A stretch of DNA of 64,000 bases from Candidatus Kapaibacterium sp. (GTDB lineage: Bacteria > Bacteroidota > Ignavibacteria > Kapaibacteriales > UBA2268): positions 960,001-1,024,000 of the forward strand of contig OY761611.1 of NCBI GenBank assembly GCA_963664875.1, given 5' to 3'. Shown one piece after another: positions 9,733 through 18,874 of this stretch (position 1 is its first letter; each line of letters begins with the position of its first letter). The notes under the pieces were generated by a model. It saw only the letters and a program-made list of their open reading frames with translations, was not told where the DNA came from and searched no databases. The translations under genes and the position numbers were made by a program.

Positions 9733-11103
9733 ATGTTTTCAACAGTCAAAAATATTCACTTCGTAGGGATAGGCGGCATCGGCATGAGCGGAATAGCCGA
9801 AATCCTAATAAATCAGGGCTTCTTAGTTTCAGGCTCTGACATGAACAAATCAGACAATACTGATTATTTAGCTAAACTTGGTGCCAAAATATTTATTGGT
9901 CACTACCCGGAAAATATCAAAGATGCAGAAGTTGTAGTTTATTCAAGTGCTGTCAAAGTTAATGACAACCCTGAAACTAAAGCTGCATTTGAAAGAAAGA
10001 TACCTGTCATTCGCAGAGCTGAGATGCTGGCTGAAGTTTCAAGGCTTAATTATAATATCTCGATTGCAGGCACTCATGGGAAAACCACTACCACTTCAAT
10101 GATTGGTCTTATACTAATGGAGGCAGGCATTGATCCGACTGTAATAGTCGGTGGCAGGCTTAAAGACCTTGGAGGCACTAACGCAAGACTTGGACACGGC
10201 AAATGGACTGTGCTTGAAGCTGACGAATATGATCGCTCATTTTTGCAGCTCTCTCCTACTCTAGCAATAGTCAACAATATGGAACTTGAACATCTGGATA
10301 TATATACAGATTTTGACGATTTGAAATCCACTTTTGCAGAATTCGCAAATAAAGTACCGTTTTACGGGAAAATCTGTTTGGGTTTAGATGACTCCGGAGT
10401 CAGAGATCTGCTACCACTCCTCAATAAACGCTTTGTTACCTTCGGGCTTTCTAAACATAGCGACATCCGAGCAACTAACATAAGACACTCAGGTAGGAGC
10501 TCTACTTTTACTGTATTCGAGCATGGCAAAGAGCTCGGAGATGCAACCATAAATATCCCGGGCGAACACAACGTTAAAAATGCACTTGCTGCTATTACTG
10601 CTGCAAGAGAGCTAAATATTGATTTCGAAATTATCTGTAAAGCTCTGAAGCAATTCAATGGTGTTTTTAGAAGATTCGAAATCAAAGGTGAGAAAAATGG
10701 AATTACCATTATTGATGATTATGCTCATCACCCTTCTGAAGTTTCTGCAACCTTAAAAGCTGCACGTGATGCTTGGAACCGGCGAGTAGTCTGCATTTTT
10801 CAGCCACATACTTATACCAGAACACAAGCTCTTGCTTCAGATTTCGGAAAGTCATTTGATGACGCTGATTTGCTGATTGTTACCGACGTTTACGCTGCTC
10901 GCGAAAATCCAATAGAAGGTATAAGCGGCAAAACAATTTCTGACGCAGCATTTGACTCTGGACACAAAAATGTACATTATATGCCCGAGTTTGACACTCT
11001 TTTTCAAAATGTCAAACCATTGCTTCAAGAAGGAGACATAGTTCTTACTGTTGGAGCAGGCAGTATTTGGAAAATTGCTGATCTTTTATATTCAAACTTG
11101 TAA
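9733..11103 (+). CDS. murC: UDP-N-acetylmuramate--L-alanine ligase
   Basis: HFVGIGGIGMSGIA, RAEML, AGTHGKTTTT, EADEYD, PGEHN, DDYAHHP, FQPH. Confidence 0.97.
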   Translation: MFSTVKNIHFVGIGGIGMSGIAEILINQGFLVSGSDMNKSDNTDYLAKLGAKIFIGHYPENIKDAEVVVYSSAVKVNDNPETKAAFERKIPVIRRAEMLAEVSRLNYNISIAGTHGKTTTTSMIGLILMEAGIDPTVIVGGRLKDLGGTNARLGHGKWTVLEADEYDRSFLQLSPTLAIVNNMELEHLDIYTDFDDLKSTFAEFANKVPFYGKICLGLDDSGVRDLLPLLNKRFVTFGLSKHSDIRATNIRHSGRSSTFTVFEHGKELGDATINIPGEHNVKNALAAITAARELNIDFEIICKALKQFNGVFRRFEIKGEKNGITIIDDYAHHPSEVSATLKAARDAWNRRVVCIFQPHTYTRTQALASDFGKSFDDADLLIVTDVYAARENPIEGISGKTISDAAFDSGHKNVHYMPEFDTLFQNVKPLLQEGDIVLTVGAGSIWKIADLLYSNL

Positions 11104-11136
11104 ATCGAAAATATTAACTAATTCGGAGTAGTCGAA

Positions 11137-13197
11137 ATGAACTTTAAATCAAGTATCCTAAGTGTAATAGCATTTTTAGTATTAGGCGCTTCAGTTTGTT
11201 TTGCAGGATCATCAGATAAAGTATTAGCTACTGTCGGCAACGAAAAAATCACATTAGGTGAGTTGCAAAAAGCTTATATGAAAAATATAAACAGACAAAG
11301 CGACGACATCACGACTTTACCCAAGGATTCTTTGAATGAATTTTTGGAACTATACATCAATTACAAGTTGAAAATTTTAGATGCTATAGACAGAGGATAC
11401 GACAAAAACGAATCTGTGATTGACGAAATAGCTCAAAACAGAAGAGTTATAGCCCAATCCTTTTACTACGACAAACACCTAACTCAAAAATATATTGATG
11501 AAATGCTTCCTCGCAGAAAAGAGGAATATAAAATAGCTATTGTAGTTGTTACCAAACCTATGGTAGAAACAGAAGAAGTTACTAAAGAATCAAAAAGAAA
11601 ACTTGCAGAAGAAGCACTCTCGGCGATAAAAGCCGGAACTGATTTTGCTGCGGTCGCGGAAAAATACTCTGAAGACACTCATAACGCAGGAAAAGGCGGA
11701 GTGCTTCCTAATTACCTAACTGCAGGAAAGATACAAAAACCAATTGAAGATGCAGTATATGTTACAAAAGTCGGCGATGTTTATCCTCAACTGGTCGAAA
11801 CAGAATATGGCTATTTTATTATTAAAGTACTCGATAAGAAAAAAAGAGAATTCGTAAAAGCAGCTCATATCCTATTCAAAAATCCGCCTGCGAAAGGCAT
11901 AACTGATGAAGAAAAAGACAGCCTGAAAAAAGAACAACTGAAAAAAGCGAACGAAGTTTTGGCTAAAATCAAAAAAGGCGAAAAGTTTGAACGTTTAGCA
12001 GAGTTATACTCAGAAGATGCACTTTCTGCTCCAAACGGCGGTTCGTTAAAACAATTTTACTCTCGCTCGACCGGCTTCGAAGAAACAGGGAGAGCACTGC
12101 TTCCGGAGTTCGAAGAAGCTATGTTCAAGCTAAAAGACGGAGAAATTTCAGGATTGGTAGAAACTGATTATGGTATCCATATCGTTAAAAGAGAAGCATC
12201 GAAACAAATCGATGAAAACGAAGACAGGGAGATACTAAAAAAATTCTACAAAAAGCATTTCTATAACGATGATAAAAATGATTTAGACCACAAATTGATG
12301 CAAAAGCACAAACTGATGGTTTACAAAGCAGTAATAGAAAATGTACTTTCATATACAGAGCAAGGTAAAACTACTTTGACAAAGGACTGGGAATCTAAAA
12401 TTCCTGAGAACCTGAAACAAGCAACAATGTATTCTCTTTACGGTAAAGATTACAAAGTATCTGATTTCATAACTGAAGTAAATACAAACCCTCAGTACAA
12501 AGGTACTTCTTTCGATTATAATGCATTTATAAAAGTTATCGAAAAGATGCACTACAACGAAGTTTTTGACAAAGAAACTGAAAATATTGAAAAAGAAGAA
12601 CCAGAGTTTGCGGCTTCATTTAAAGAGTACAAAAACGGAATACTCCTATTCAAAGTACAAGAAGAAGAAGTATGGAACAAAATGAAATTTGATTCCACTC
12701 AGGCAAAAATTTACTGGGAAAAACGTAAAAATGAATTCCTTACAGATACTCTCTACGAAGTAAGCGAAATTTATATAATCGGCTCAGATTCAGTAGCTAT
12801 GAGCATTTACAACACACTAACACCTGACAACTTCAAAAAAATTGCTTCTGAAAAAACTGAACGTCAGGGCATGAGAGAAAAAGAAGGCTTTGTGGGAGTA
12901 GTCTCTGCAAAAAACAGTTTGCTGATAAGAAACCTTTTAGCTTCTGAAACGTTTGTCAAAGAAGGAATTATTACTAAGCCTTTCAGACATGAAGCCGGAA
13001 AGAGTATAGTATATGTTCAAAGAATTGTACTGCCGAGAATTAAAACATTTGAAGAAGCAATACCAAATTTCTCATCTGATTACCAAGAAGAAGTACAGCA
13101 AAAACTTCTGGATACTTGGATTGAAAAATTGAGAAAAAAATACGATATTTCGGTTTCCGATTCTGCAATTAATGAAATACTTAAAAAATCAAAATAA
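11137..13197 (+). CDS. Periplasmic parvulin-type peptidyl-prolyl isomerase (SurA/PrsA-like, multi-domain)
   Basis: Signal peptide; rotamase motifs FAAVAEKYSED...GG, VETEYGYFII, AAHIL, FERLAELYSED, FEEAMF, VETDYGIHIV. Confidence 0.88.
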   Translation: MNFKSSILSVIAFLVLGASVCFAGSSDKVLATVGNEKITLGELQKAYMKNINRQSDDITTLPKDSLNEFLELYINYKLKILDAIDRGYDKNESVIDEIAQNRRVIAQSFYYDKHLTQKYIDEMLPRRKEEYKIAIVVVTKPMVETEEVTKESKRKLAEEALSAIKAGTDFAAVAEKYSEDTHNAGKGGVLPNYLTAGKIQKPIEDAVYVTKVGDVYPQLVETEYGYFIIKVLDKKKREFVKAAHILFKNPPAKGITDEEKDSLKKEQLKKANEVLAKIKKGEKFERLAELYSEDALSAPNGGSLKQFYSRSTGFEETGRALLPEFEEAMFKLKDGEISGLVETDYGIHIVKREASKQIDENEDREILKKFYKKHFYNDDKNDLDHKLMQKHKLMVYKAVIENVLSYTEQGKTTLTKDWESKIPENLKQATMYSLYGKDYKVSDFITEVNTNPQYKGTSFDYNAFIKVIEKMHYNEVFDKETENIEKEEPEFAASFKEYKNGILLFKVQEEEVWNKMKFDSTQAKIYWEKRKNEFLTDTLYEVSEIYIIGSDSVAMSIYNTLTPDNFKKIASEKTERQGMREKEGFVGVVSAKNSLLIRNLLASETFVKEGIITKPFRHEAGKSIVYVQRIVLPRIKTFEEAIPNFSSDYQEEVQQKLLDTWIEKLRKKYDISVSDSAINEILKKSK

Positions 13198-13207
13198 CGG
13201 ATTTGAA

Positions 13208-14509
13208 ATGGCAAATTACTGCAAAAGTTTATTAGTACTTTTTGTACTGTTAGTATCTGTTTCTTCTGCACAGGTTCAATCCCCCGAAGAAGGTGATATG
13301 CTCGACAAAATCGTTGCTGTTGTTGGCAATGAAGTTATCATGCAGTCAGAAGTAAAAACTCAGATACTTATGATGGCTCAGCAAAACCCTTCTATTGATT
13401 TGGAAGACAAAAAGCTTTATGACATGATACTTGACGAGCTAATAGCACAAAAACTTCTAATAACTAAAGCAATTGAAGATTCAGTTGTAGTTACTGATGA
13501 TGAAGTAGAACAGAGATGGGAATATTTTCTACAATCTGTGATAGCGCAATACGGCTCAGAAAAAAGAGTCGAGCAGGTTTATCAAATGTCTATTGGTAGT
13601 ATAAAAAATGATTATTCAGAGCAAATCCGCAAAAGTTTGTTAGCTCAGAAACTCAGCCAACAGAAGTTTATGGATGTAAAGGTAACTCCGAGAGAAGTTG
13701 AAGAGTTTTATAATAGTTTTAAAGACTCTTTGCCGGAAGTACCTACCAAAATAGAAGTAAGCCACATTGTAAAAAACGTTACCGCAAGTAACTCTGCAAA
13801 AGAAGATGCACTGCAATTTGCAAAAGCAATAAGAGACTCTATTCTTTCCGGTGAAGTTACATTTGAAGATATGGCGAAAAGGCACAGTGATGACCCGGGA
13901 ACAAGAGAAGAAGGTGGTGATTTGGGCTGGTTTGATAAAGGGAAACTCGTTCCTGAATTCGAAAAAGCTGCTTTCCAGCTTCAGGAAGGTCAGGTTTCGT
14001 TACCTGTGGAAACTCCTTTCGGATATCACCTAATTCAGACAATTGAGAAAAAGTCAGATGCAATAAATACACGCCATATTTTGATTAAGCTTGACGAATC
14101 CACTGATGATCGCGATGCAACAATCAAGTTTTTGCAAAACCTTAAGGCTGAAATTGTAGCAGGTAAGAATTTTGCGGATATGGCAAAACAGTTTTCGGAT
14201 GATAAAGATACTCGCGGATTTGGTGGTCTAATTGGTGCAATTAGCATTGAAGATTTACCTCCAAACTTATCTTCAACCATAAACAATATGAAAGTAGGCG
14301 AGATTTCCGAGCCGGCTCCGTATGTAGCGGACCCTTCGAAACAAGCTTATCATATTGTTCTGAAAAAATCTGTAATAGATGCTCATAAGCCAAATTTGGA
14401 ACAAGATTTCAAAGAACTCGAACAAAGAGCAAAAATCAAAAAGCAGATGGAGATGCAGGCTAAATGGTTGGAAGAATTGAAAAAAGAGATTTATTGGGAA
14501 AAGAAATAG
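13208..14509 (+). CDS. surA: SurA-like chaperone / peptidyl-prolyl isomerase
   Basis: Signal peptide, DKIVAVVGNEVIMQSEV (SurA N-domain), two parvulin domains (FEDMAKRHSDD..GGDLGW, VETPFGYHLI, RHIL, FADMAKQFSDD); ATG 13208 preferred. Confidence 0.88.
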   Translation: MANYCKSLLVLFVLLVSVSSAQVQSPEEGDMLDKIVAVVGNEVIMQSEVKTQILMMAQQNPSIDLEDKKLYDMILDELIAQKLLITKAIEDSVVVTDDEVEQRWEYFLQSVIAQYGSEKRVEQVYQMSIGSIKNDYSEQIRKSLLAQKLSQQKFMDVKVTPREVEEFYNSFKDSLPEVPTKIEVSHIVKNVTASNSAKEDALQFAKAIRDSILSGEVTFEDMAKRHSDDPGTREEGGDLGWFDKGKLVPEFEKAAFQLQEGQVSLPVETPFGYHLIQTIEKKSDAINTRHILIKLDESTDDRDATIKFLQNLKAEIVAGKNFADMAKQFSDDKDTRGFGGLIGAISIEDLPPNLSSTINNMKVGEISEPAPYVADPSKQAYHIVLKKSVIDAHKPNLEQDFKELEQRAKIKKQMEMQAKWLEELKKEIYWEKK

Positions 14510-14526
14510 ATTATATCTCGAAACTG

Positions 14527-14559
14527 AAGCCCTACATCTATAAAATGTAGGGCTTTTTT
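14527..14559 (+). terminator. Rho-independent terminator after surA
   Basis: AAGCCCTACAT-ctataaa-ATGTAGGGCTT plus T-run. Confidence 0.85.
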
Positions 14560-14720
14560 ATTGCTAAAGAATCCGGCATATCAATACTATTTTTGATAAT
14601 TTATTCATCCATATTCCCGCCACTATCTTTAGATACAGATAAATAATTTTTAGTTTATTTCGCTAACAAAAAACATACAATCAAATCGAAATCATTATAA
14701 CAAGATTATTTCAAGATATT

Positions 14721-14771
14721 TTAACACAACATTTTCTATATTTTGACTAATAGCAAACACTTCCTTAACAC
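14721..14771 (+). promoter_or_regulatory. Candidate Pho-box-like phased direct repeats upstream of phoX
   Basis: TTAACAC (14721), TTGACTA (14743), CAAACAC (14754), TTAACAC (14765): spacings of 22, 11 and 11 bp. Confidence 0.5.
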
Positions 14772-14847
14772 TATTTCAGAATTGCACCGTCAAATAGTTT
14801 GGTTCAACTAATCATTTTATTATTTTTAATCCTAATACAGGTGCAAT

Positions 14848-16695
14848 ATGAAAAAATATCTTCTGCTAATGGTAGTACTGTTGAGTTCGATGGGAACTGC
14901 CGCACAATCTCAGACTTTTGACCCTTCTATTCCTGCTGATTGGAATTCTACTTGGATTTCCGAGCAGGTTGTGATGCCTTCTTCCCCACTATACTATCAG
15001 GTACTATTTGTGGGCGGACACGACGAAGTGCAAACCGTCGATAGTGAAGGCAAACCAAATGGAACTGCTTTAGCAAAACAATGGCATGATTTCATTGGTT
15101 TCACTCCCGACAACAATTCTTCTGATTTGGGCTGGATTACAATCAATCATGAAATGGTATCATCTGATGATAAAATCGGTGATGGTGGCGGAATGACAGC
15201 CTTCAAAGTAAGAAGAGACCCGAACAATGATACTCTTATCATCATAAATCAGACTTTGGAAGACGGTAGAAAAGGAAAATTTTTCAACATAGACTTTGTT
15301 AATACTGTTGGCGAAACAGGTATGAATTGTGGTGGAATAAGCTCAATTATAGATGGCAGAATCTGGACGGCTGAAGAATGGTGGAGAGGATCTAACGCAA
15401 ACCTCTTCGAAAATGGTACTGGACTCAGAGACACATCAGATTGGACAATTAAATCTGATATCAATGGTGATTTTAATGGTCAGCAAATCAAACGATTTGA
15501 AAATTTCAACTATATGGTTGAAGTGGATCCAAGAACAGCTAAGGCTGTAAGAAAACAATACAACTGGGGGCGTCAGCCATTCGAAGGTGGTACTATTTTG
15601 GCTGATAATCGAACTGTTATCCTTGGTGCAGATGAAACTCCGGCACTTTTAACAAAGTTTGTAGCAGATACACCAGGCGATTTTACAAAAGGTAAAACAT
15701 ACGTCTTCAAACAAAATCCAAACTCCTACAAAGGAGAATGGATGGAAATTGACAATACTAAATTAGACAATATGCTTAATATCCAAACCCTTGCATTCCA
15801 AAATGGAGCAACTGCTTTTAACAGATTAGAATGGGTAACTTTCGATAAAAACTCAGGTATGGTCTATTTGACAGAGACAGGTAGAGACAATCCGGGCTCA
15901 AGATTGAAAAAGGGTGTAGATCTTGGCGGTGCTGTTGCATATCACCATATAGAAAGAGCTGAGGAGCAGGGCACTGATGCACTTAATTCTGCATATTGGG
16001 ATTATTACGGAAGAGTTTTGGTACTTAACCCTCAGACAAACGAAGTTAAGCCTTTCCTCGAAGGTGGTCCATTTTATGCAGGTATGGATGCTGAAGAACC
16101 AAAATACGAACCATACCCTGAAAAACATTTGTCAAACCCTGATGGTTTGCACATCATGGAAATAAATGGTGATTCTTACATGGTGATATGTGAAGATTTG
16201 AATGGTACTTCATTTGGCAGAGTTCAAATTGGTGTAGCAAACAGCACTTGCGAGCTCTGGATGTTGGATCTTCAAAAAGAAGCAAAAATTGAGAATTTAG
16301 TTCGTATCGGGGTGATGCCATTAGGTGCAGAAGTAACAGGTGTTAATTCTACTCCTGACGGCAAAACTCTTTTGGTTGATTGCCAGCACCCATTACCGAC
16401 AAATCCTTTCCCATATAATAACTCTTTGACTTATGCAATCACCGGATGGGACAAAGCAATTACTTCAGTTATGGAAGGAAAAGTTAATTTCGGAAATGAT
16501 TTCAAAATTTGGCCAAATCCTGCTACAAGAGAATTACATTTCCAAAACAATACAGATGCTGCAATTTACGACATCAACGGAAATAGAGTAAAAGTAATTA
16601 GAAATGCCTCTGTGGTTGATGTACGCGATTTGTCAGCAGGCACATATTTTGTCAGAACAGCAGACAATAAAGGTCAAAAACTTATTATTCAATAA
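14848..16695 (+). CDS. phoX: PhoX-family (DUF839) Fe/Ca alkaline phosphatase with T9SS type A sorting domain
   Basis: Sec signal peptide. PhoX metal-ligand motifs in order: INHE, NCGG, TAEE, PFEG, GADE, NRLE, NPDG, CED, GAEVTG, QHP. C-terminal T9SS CTD: IWPNP...IYDING...LSAGTYFV...QKLIIQ. Confidence 0.88.
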   Translation: MKKYLLLMVVLLSSMGTAAQSQTFDPSIPADWNSTWISEQVVMPSSPLYYQVLFVGGHDEVQTVDSEGKPNGTALAKQWHDFIGFTPDNNSSDLGWITINHEMVSSDDKIGDGGGMTAFKVRRDPNNDTLIIINQTLEDGRKGKFFNIDFVNTVGETGMNCGGISSIIDGRIWTAEEWWRGSNANLFENGTGLRDTSDWTIKSDINGDFNGQQIKRFENFNYMVEVDPRTAKAVRKQYNWGRQPFEGGTILADNRTVILGADETPALLTKFVADTPGDFTKGKTYVFKQNPNSYKGEWMEIDNTKLDNMLNIQTLAFQNGATAFNRLEWVTFDKNSGMVYLTETGRDNPGSRLKKGVDLGGAVAYHHIERAEEQGTDALNSAYWDYYGRVLVLNPQTNEVKPFLEGGPFYAGMDAEEPKYEPYPEKHLSNPDGLHIMEINGDSYMVICEDLNGTSFGRVQIGVANSTCELWMLDLQKEAKIENLVRIGVMPLGAEVTGVNSTPDGKTLLVDCQHPLPTNPFPYNNSLTYAITGWDKAITSVMEGKVNFGNDFKIWPNPATRELHFQNNTDAAIYDINGNRVKVIRNASVVDVRDLSAGTYFVRTADNKGQKLIIQ

Positions 16696-16721
16696 AATAA
16701 GTAATACAGTAATATATCCTG

Positions 16722-16758
16722 AAAAACGGCGGTGATTTCTCAAAAGCCGTCGTTTTTT
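16722..16758 (+). terminator. Hairpin / partial terminator between phoX and the di-heme enzyme gene
   Basis: AAAAACGGCGG...CCGTCGTTTTT stem with T-run. Confidence 0.6.
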
Positions 16759-16811
16759 GTTTATCTGATTTGATTTTTAAAATTATTATAAACAAACAAC
16801 AACTATTAGAT

Positions 16812-18707
16812 ATGCTTAGAATTCTTTTGCTTCTCCTGTCTGTTTCTTTAAGTCTTGCCATCAGTGGATATCTTGCACAAAATCAATCTGCTGCAAAAAG
16901 GACTCAAGATCAGCTGCTTTTAGATTATTCGGAGTTTACTAAAAAAATCGAATCTCTAAACAAAACTGCAAACTCCAACAATATAAGTGCTATCAAAGAC
17001 ACATTCATATCTGCAAGACTTGCCTATAAAAAAATTGAGTACTTAGTTAGTTATATTGATAGAGATTATTCAGAAAGATATTTTAACGGCATTCCAATCC
17101 CGAAACCCGAACAGAATTCGCCTTCGGCTTCAGTATTAGAACCGGAGGGGTTTCAGCCTTTGGAGGAGTTGATTTATGATGACAACCCTGAATTTGATAG
17201 AATAGCCGATTTATCGGCAAAATTGTACACTTCAGCAAAGCGTTTTAAGCTTGTGCTCAAGTCATCCAAACTTTACGATAGACATATTTTTGAAGCTATG
17301 AGATTTGGAATTATAAGAATAATGTCTTTAGGTTTAAGCGGATTTGATTCTCCTTATTCTGACAAGGCAATAATTGAAAATCAGGTTTCAATGGAGGCTT
17401 TAGCAAATACTTGGGAAAGATACTCTGACGATAATCCAAATAATCAAACAGTTAAAGAAGTTAAGCAATTGTTTTACGAAGCAAATAAATCACTTGCTAT
17501 GAACACAAATTTTGAGACGTTTGACAGATTGCATTTTATTCGGGAATACATCAATCCTATTTTTGCAAAGTTGTATGACTCTCAAATAGAACTAAATATA
17601 GAATTCCAAGATGAAGTAAGCAGCAACAAACAGGCAGTTAATTTTCGTGCAAAAGAAATATTCTCGACTGACTTTTTGAATAAGTACTATTACATGAACT
17701 TATCCAAGAGAGACGACACAAAAGAATTGCAAATTTTGGGCAAAACTTTATTTTTTGACCCAATACTGTCTGCTAATAATAAAAGAGCCTGCGCTTCCTG
17801 CCACGATCCCAAAATGGCATTTACAGACGGAAAAGCAAAAAGCATTAGCTTCAACTTTGAAGGCACTGTAGAGCGGAACTCCCCTACACTTATGAATGCT
17901 GTCTATTCTGATAGATTTTTTTATGATTTACGAGCTCAAAAGTTAGAAGATCAAGTTGATCACGTCATTACAAGCTCAAAAGAGTTTGATACTGATTACA
18001 CAAAAATTATAGACAAGCTATCTTCTAACAGTGAGTATGTAGCTATGTTTCGCAAAGCCTACCCTCATATAAACTCCTCCAAGATTGTAAACAAATACAC
18101 TATAACTACTGCATTGGCTGCTTATGTTGGCAATCTTGTATCATTTGATTCAGATTTTGATAAATACATTAGAAAAGAAATAACTGAAATTGACTCGTCT
18201 GTTATCAGAGGATACAATTTATTTGCAGGAAAAGCACTTTGTGGGACCTGCCACTTCACTCCTACCTTCAATGGTACTGTGCCACCATTTTTCATTGAAA
18301 CCGATTCGGAAAATTTAGGAGTAACAGTTAGCAGTAATCTGAAGCAACCTATTTTGGATACGGATTTAGGCAGAGCCAAAGGCTTACTCAAAGACAGACT
18401 GGAGATATTCAATCATTCATTCAAGACTCTAACTATCAGGAACATCGAACTTACAGCACCTTATATGCACAATGGAGCCTTTAAAACGCTTGAGGAAGTG
18501 TTAGAATTTTACAACGAAGGTGGTGGAGTTGGTTTAGGTCTGCACAATCCATATCAGACATTACCTGAAGACAAATTAAATCTTACAGAACAGGAAAAAG
18601 CTGATATCATAGCTTTTATGAAATCACTTACTGACAATCCTAAAGTCGAAGTTCCCGCTTTGCCTAAATATCAAAATATAGATAGAGTTGCCGGAGGTGA
18701 GTATTAG
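16812..18707 (+). CDS. Di-heme cytochrome c peroxidase/MauG-superfamily protein with N-terminal imelysin-like helical domain
   Basis: Signal/anchor; N-terminal ARLAYKKIE and EGFQPLEE; LGKTLFFDPILS, CASCH, RNSPTL, CGTCH, FKTLTIRNIELTAPYMHNG; ATG 16812 preferred. Confidence 0.9.
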   Translation: MLRILLLLLSVSLSLAISGYLAQNQSAAKRTQDQLLLDYSEFTKKIESLNKTANSNNISAIKDTFISARLAYKKIEYLVSYIDRDYSERYFNGIPIPKPEQNSPSASVLEPEGFQPLEELIYDDNPEFDRIADLSAKLYTSAKRFKLVLKSSKLYDRHIFEAMRFGIIRIMSLGLSGFDSPYSDKAIIENQVSMEALANTWERYSDDNPNNQTVKEVKQLFYEANKSLAMNTNFETFDRLHFIREYINPIFAKLYDSQIELNIEFQDEVSSNKQAVNFRAKEIFSTDFLNKYYYMNLSKRDDTKELQILGKTLFFDPILSANNKRACASCHDPKMAFTDGKAKSISFNFEGTVERNSPTLMNAVYSDRFFYDLRAQKLEDQVDHVITSSKEFDTDYTKIIDKLSSNSEYVAMFRKAYPHINSSKIVNKYTITTALAAYVGNLVSFDSDFDKYIRKEITEIDSSVIRGYNLFAGKALCGTCHFTPTFNGTVPPFFIETDSENLGVTVSSNLKQPILDTDLGRAKGLLKDRLEIFNHSFKTLTIRNIELTAPYMHNGAFKTLEEVLEFYNEGGGVGLGLHNPYQTLPEDKLNLTEQEKADIIAFMKSLTDNPKVEVPALPKYQNIDRVAGGEY

Positions 18708-18799
18708 ATGCATTACTTCATTAGAGTCTTTACTTTTGTAAAGTTTTAACCGGAATAAAATGACTATTACTTGATATTGCTCGGATGACAATAATCTAT

Positions 18800-18838
18800 A
18801 AAAAAAGCTGCCGATTATTGCTAATTGGCAGCTTTTTT
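18800..18838. terminator. Bidirectional terminator between convergent genes
   Basis: A7-GCTGCCGATTA-ttgc-TAATTGGCAGC-T6. Confidence 0.85.
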
Positions 18839-18874
18839 ATATATCCGATAACTCTTTATTGCTCTTATTAAATC

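Noticed and set aside
16812-18707. Classical H2O2-detoxifying cytochrome c peroxidase (CcpA)
   Set aside because: Tyr sits at the MauG-type distal ligand position, the relay Trp is missing and there is a large extra N-terminal domain; a MauG/MbnH-like assignment fits better.
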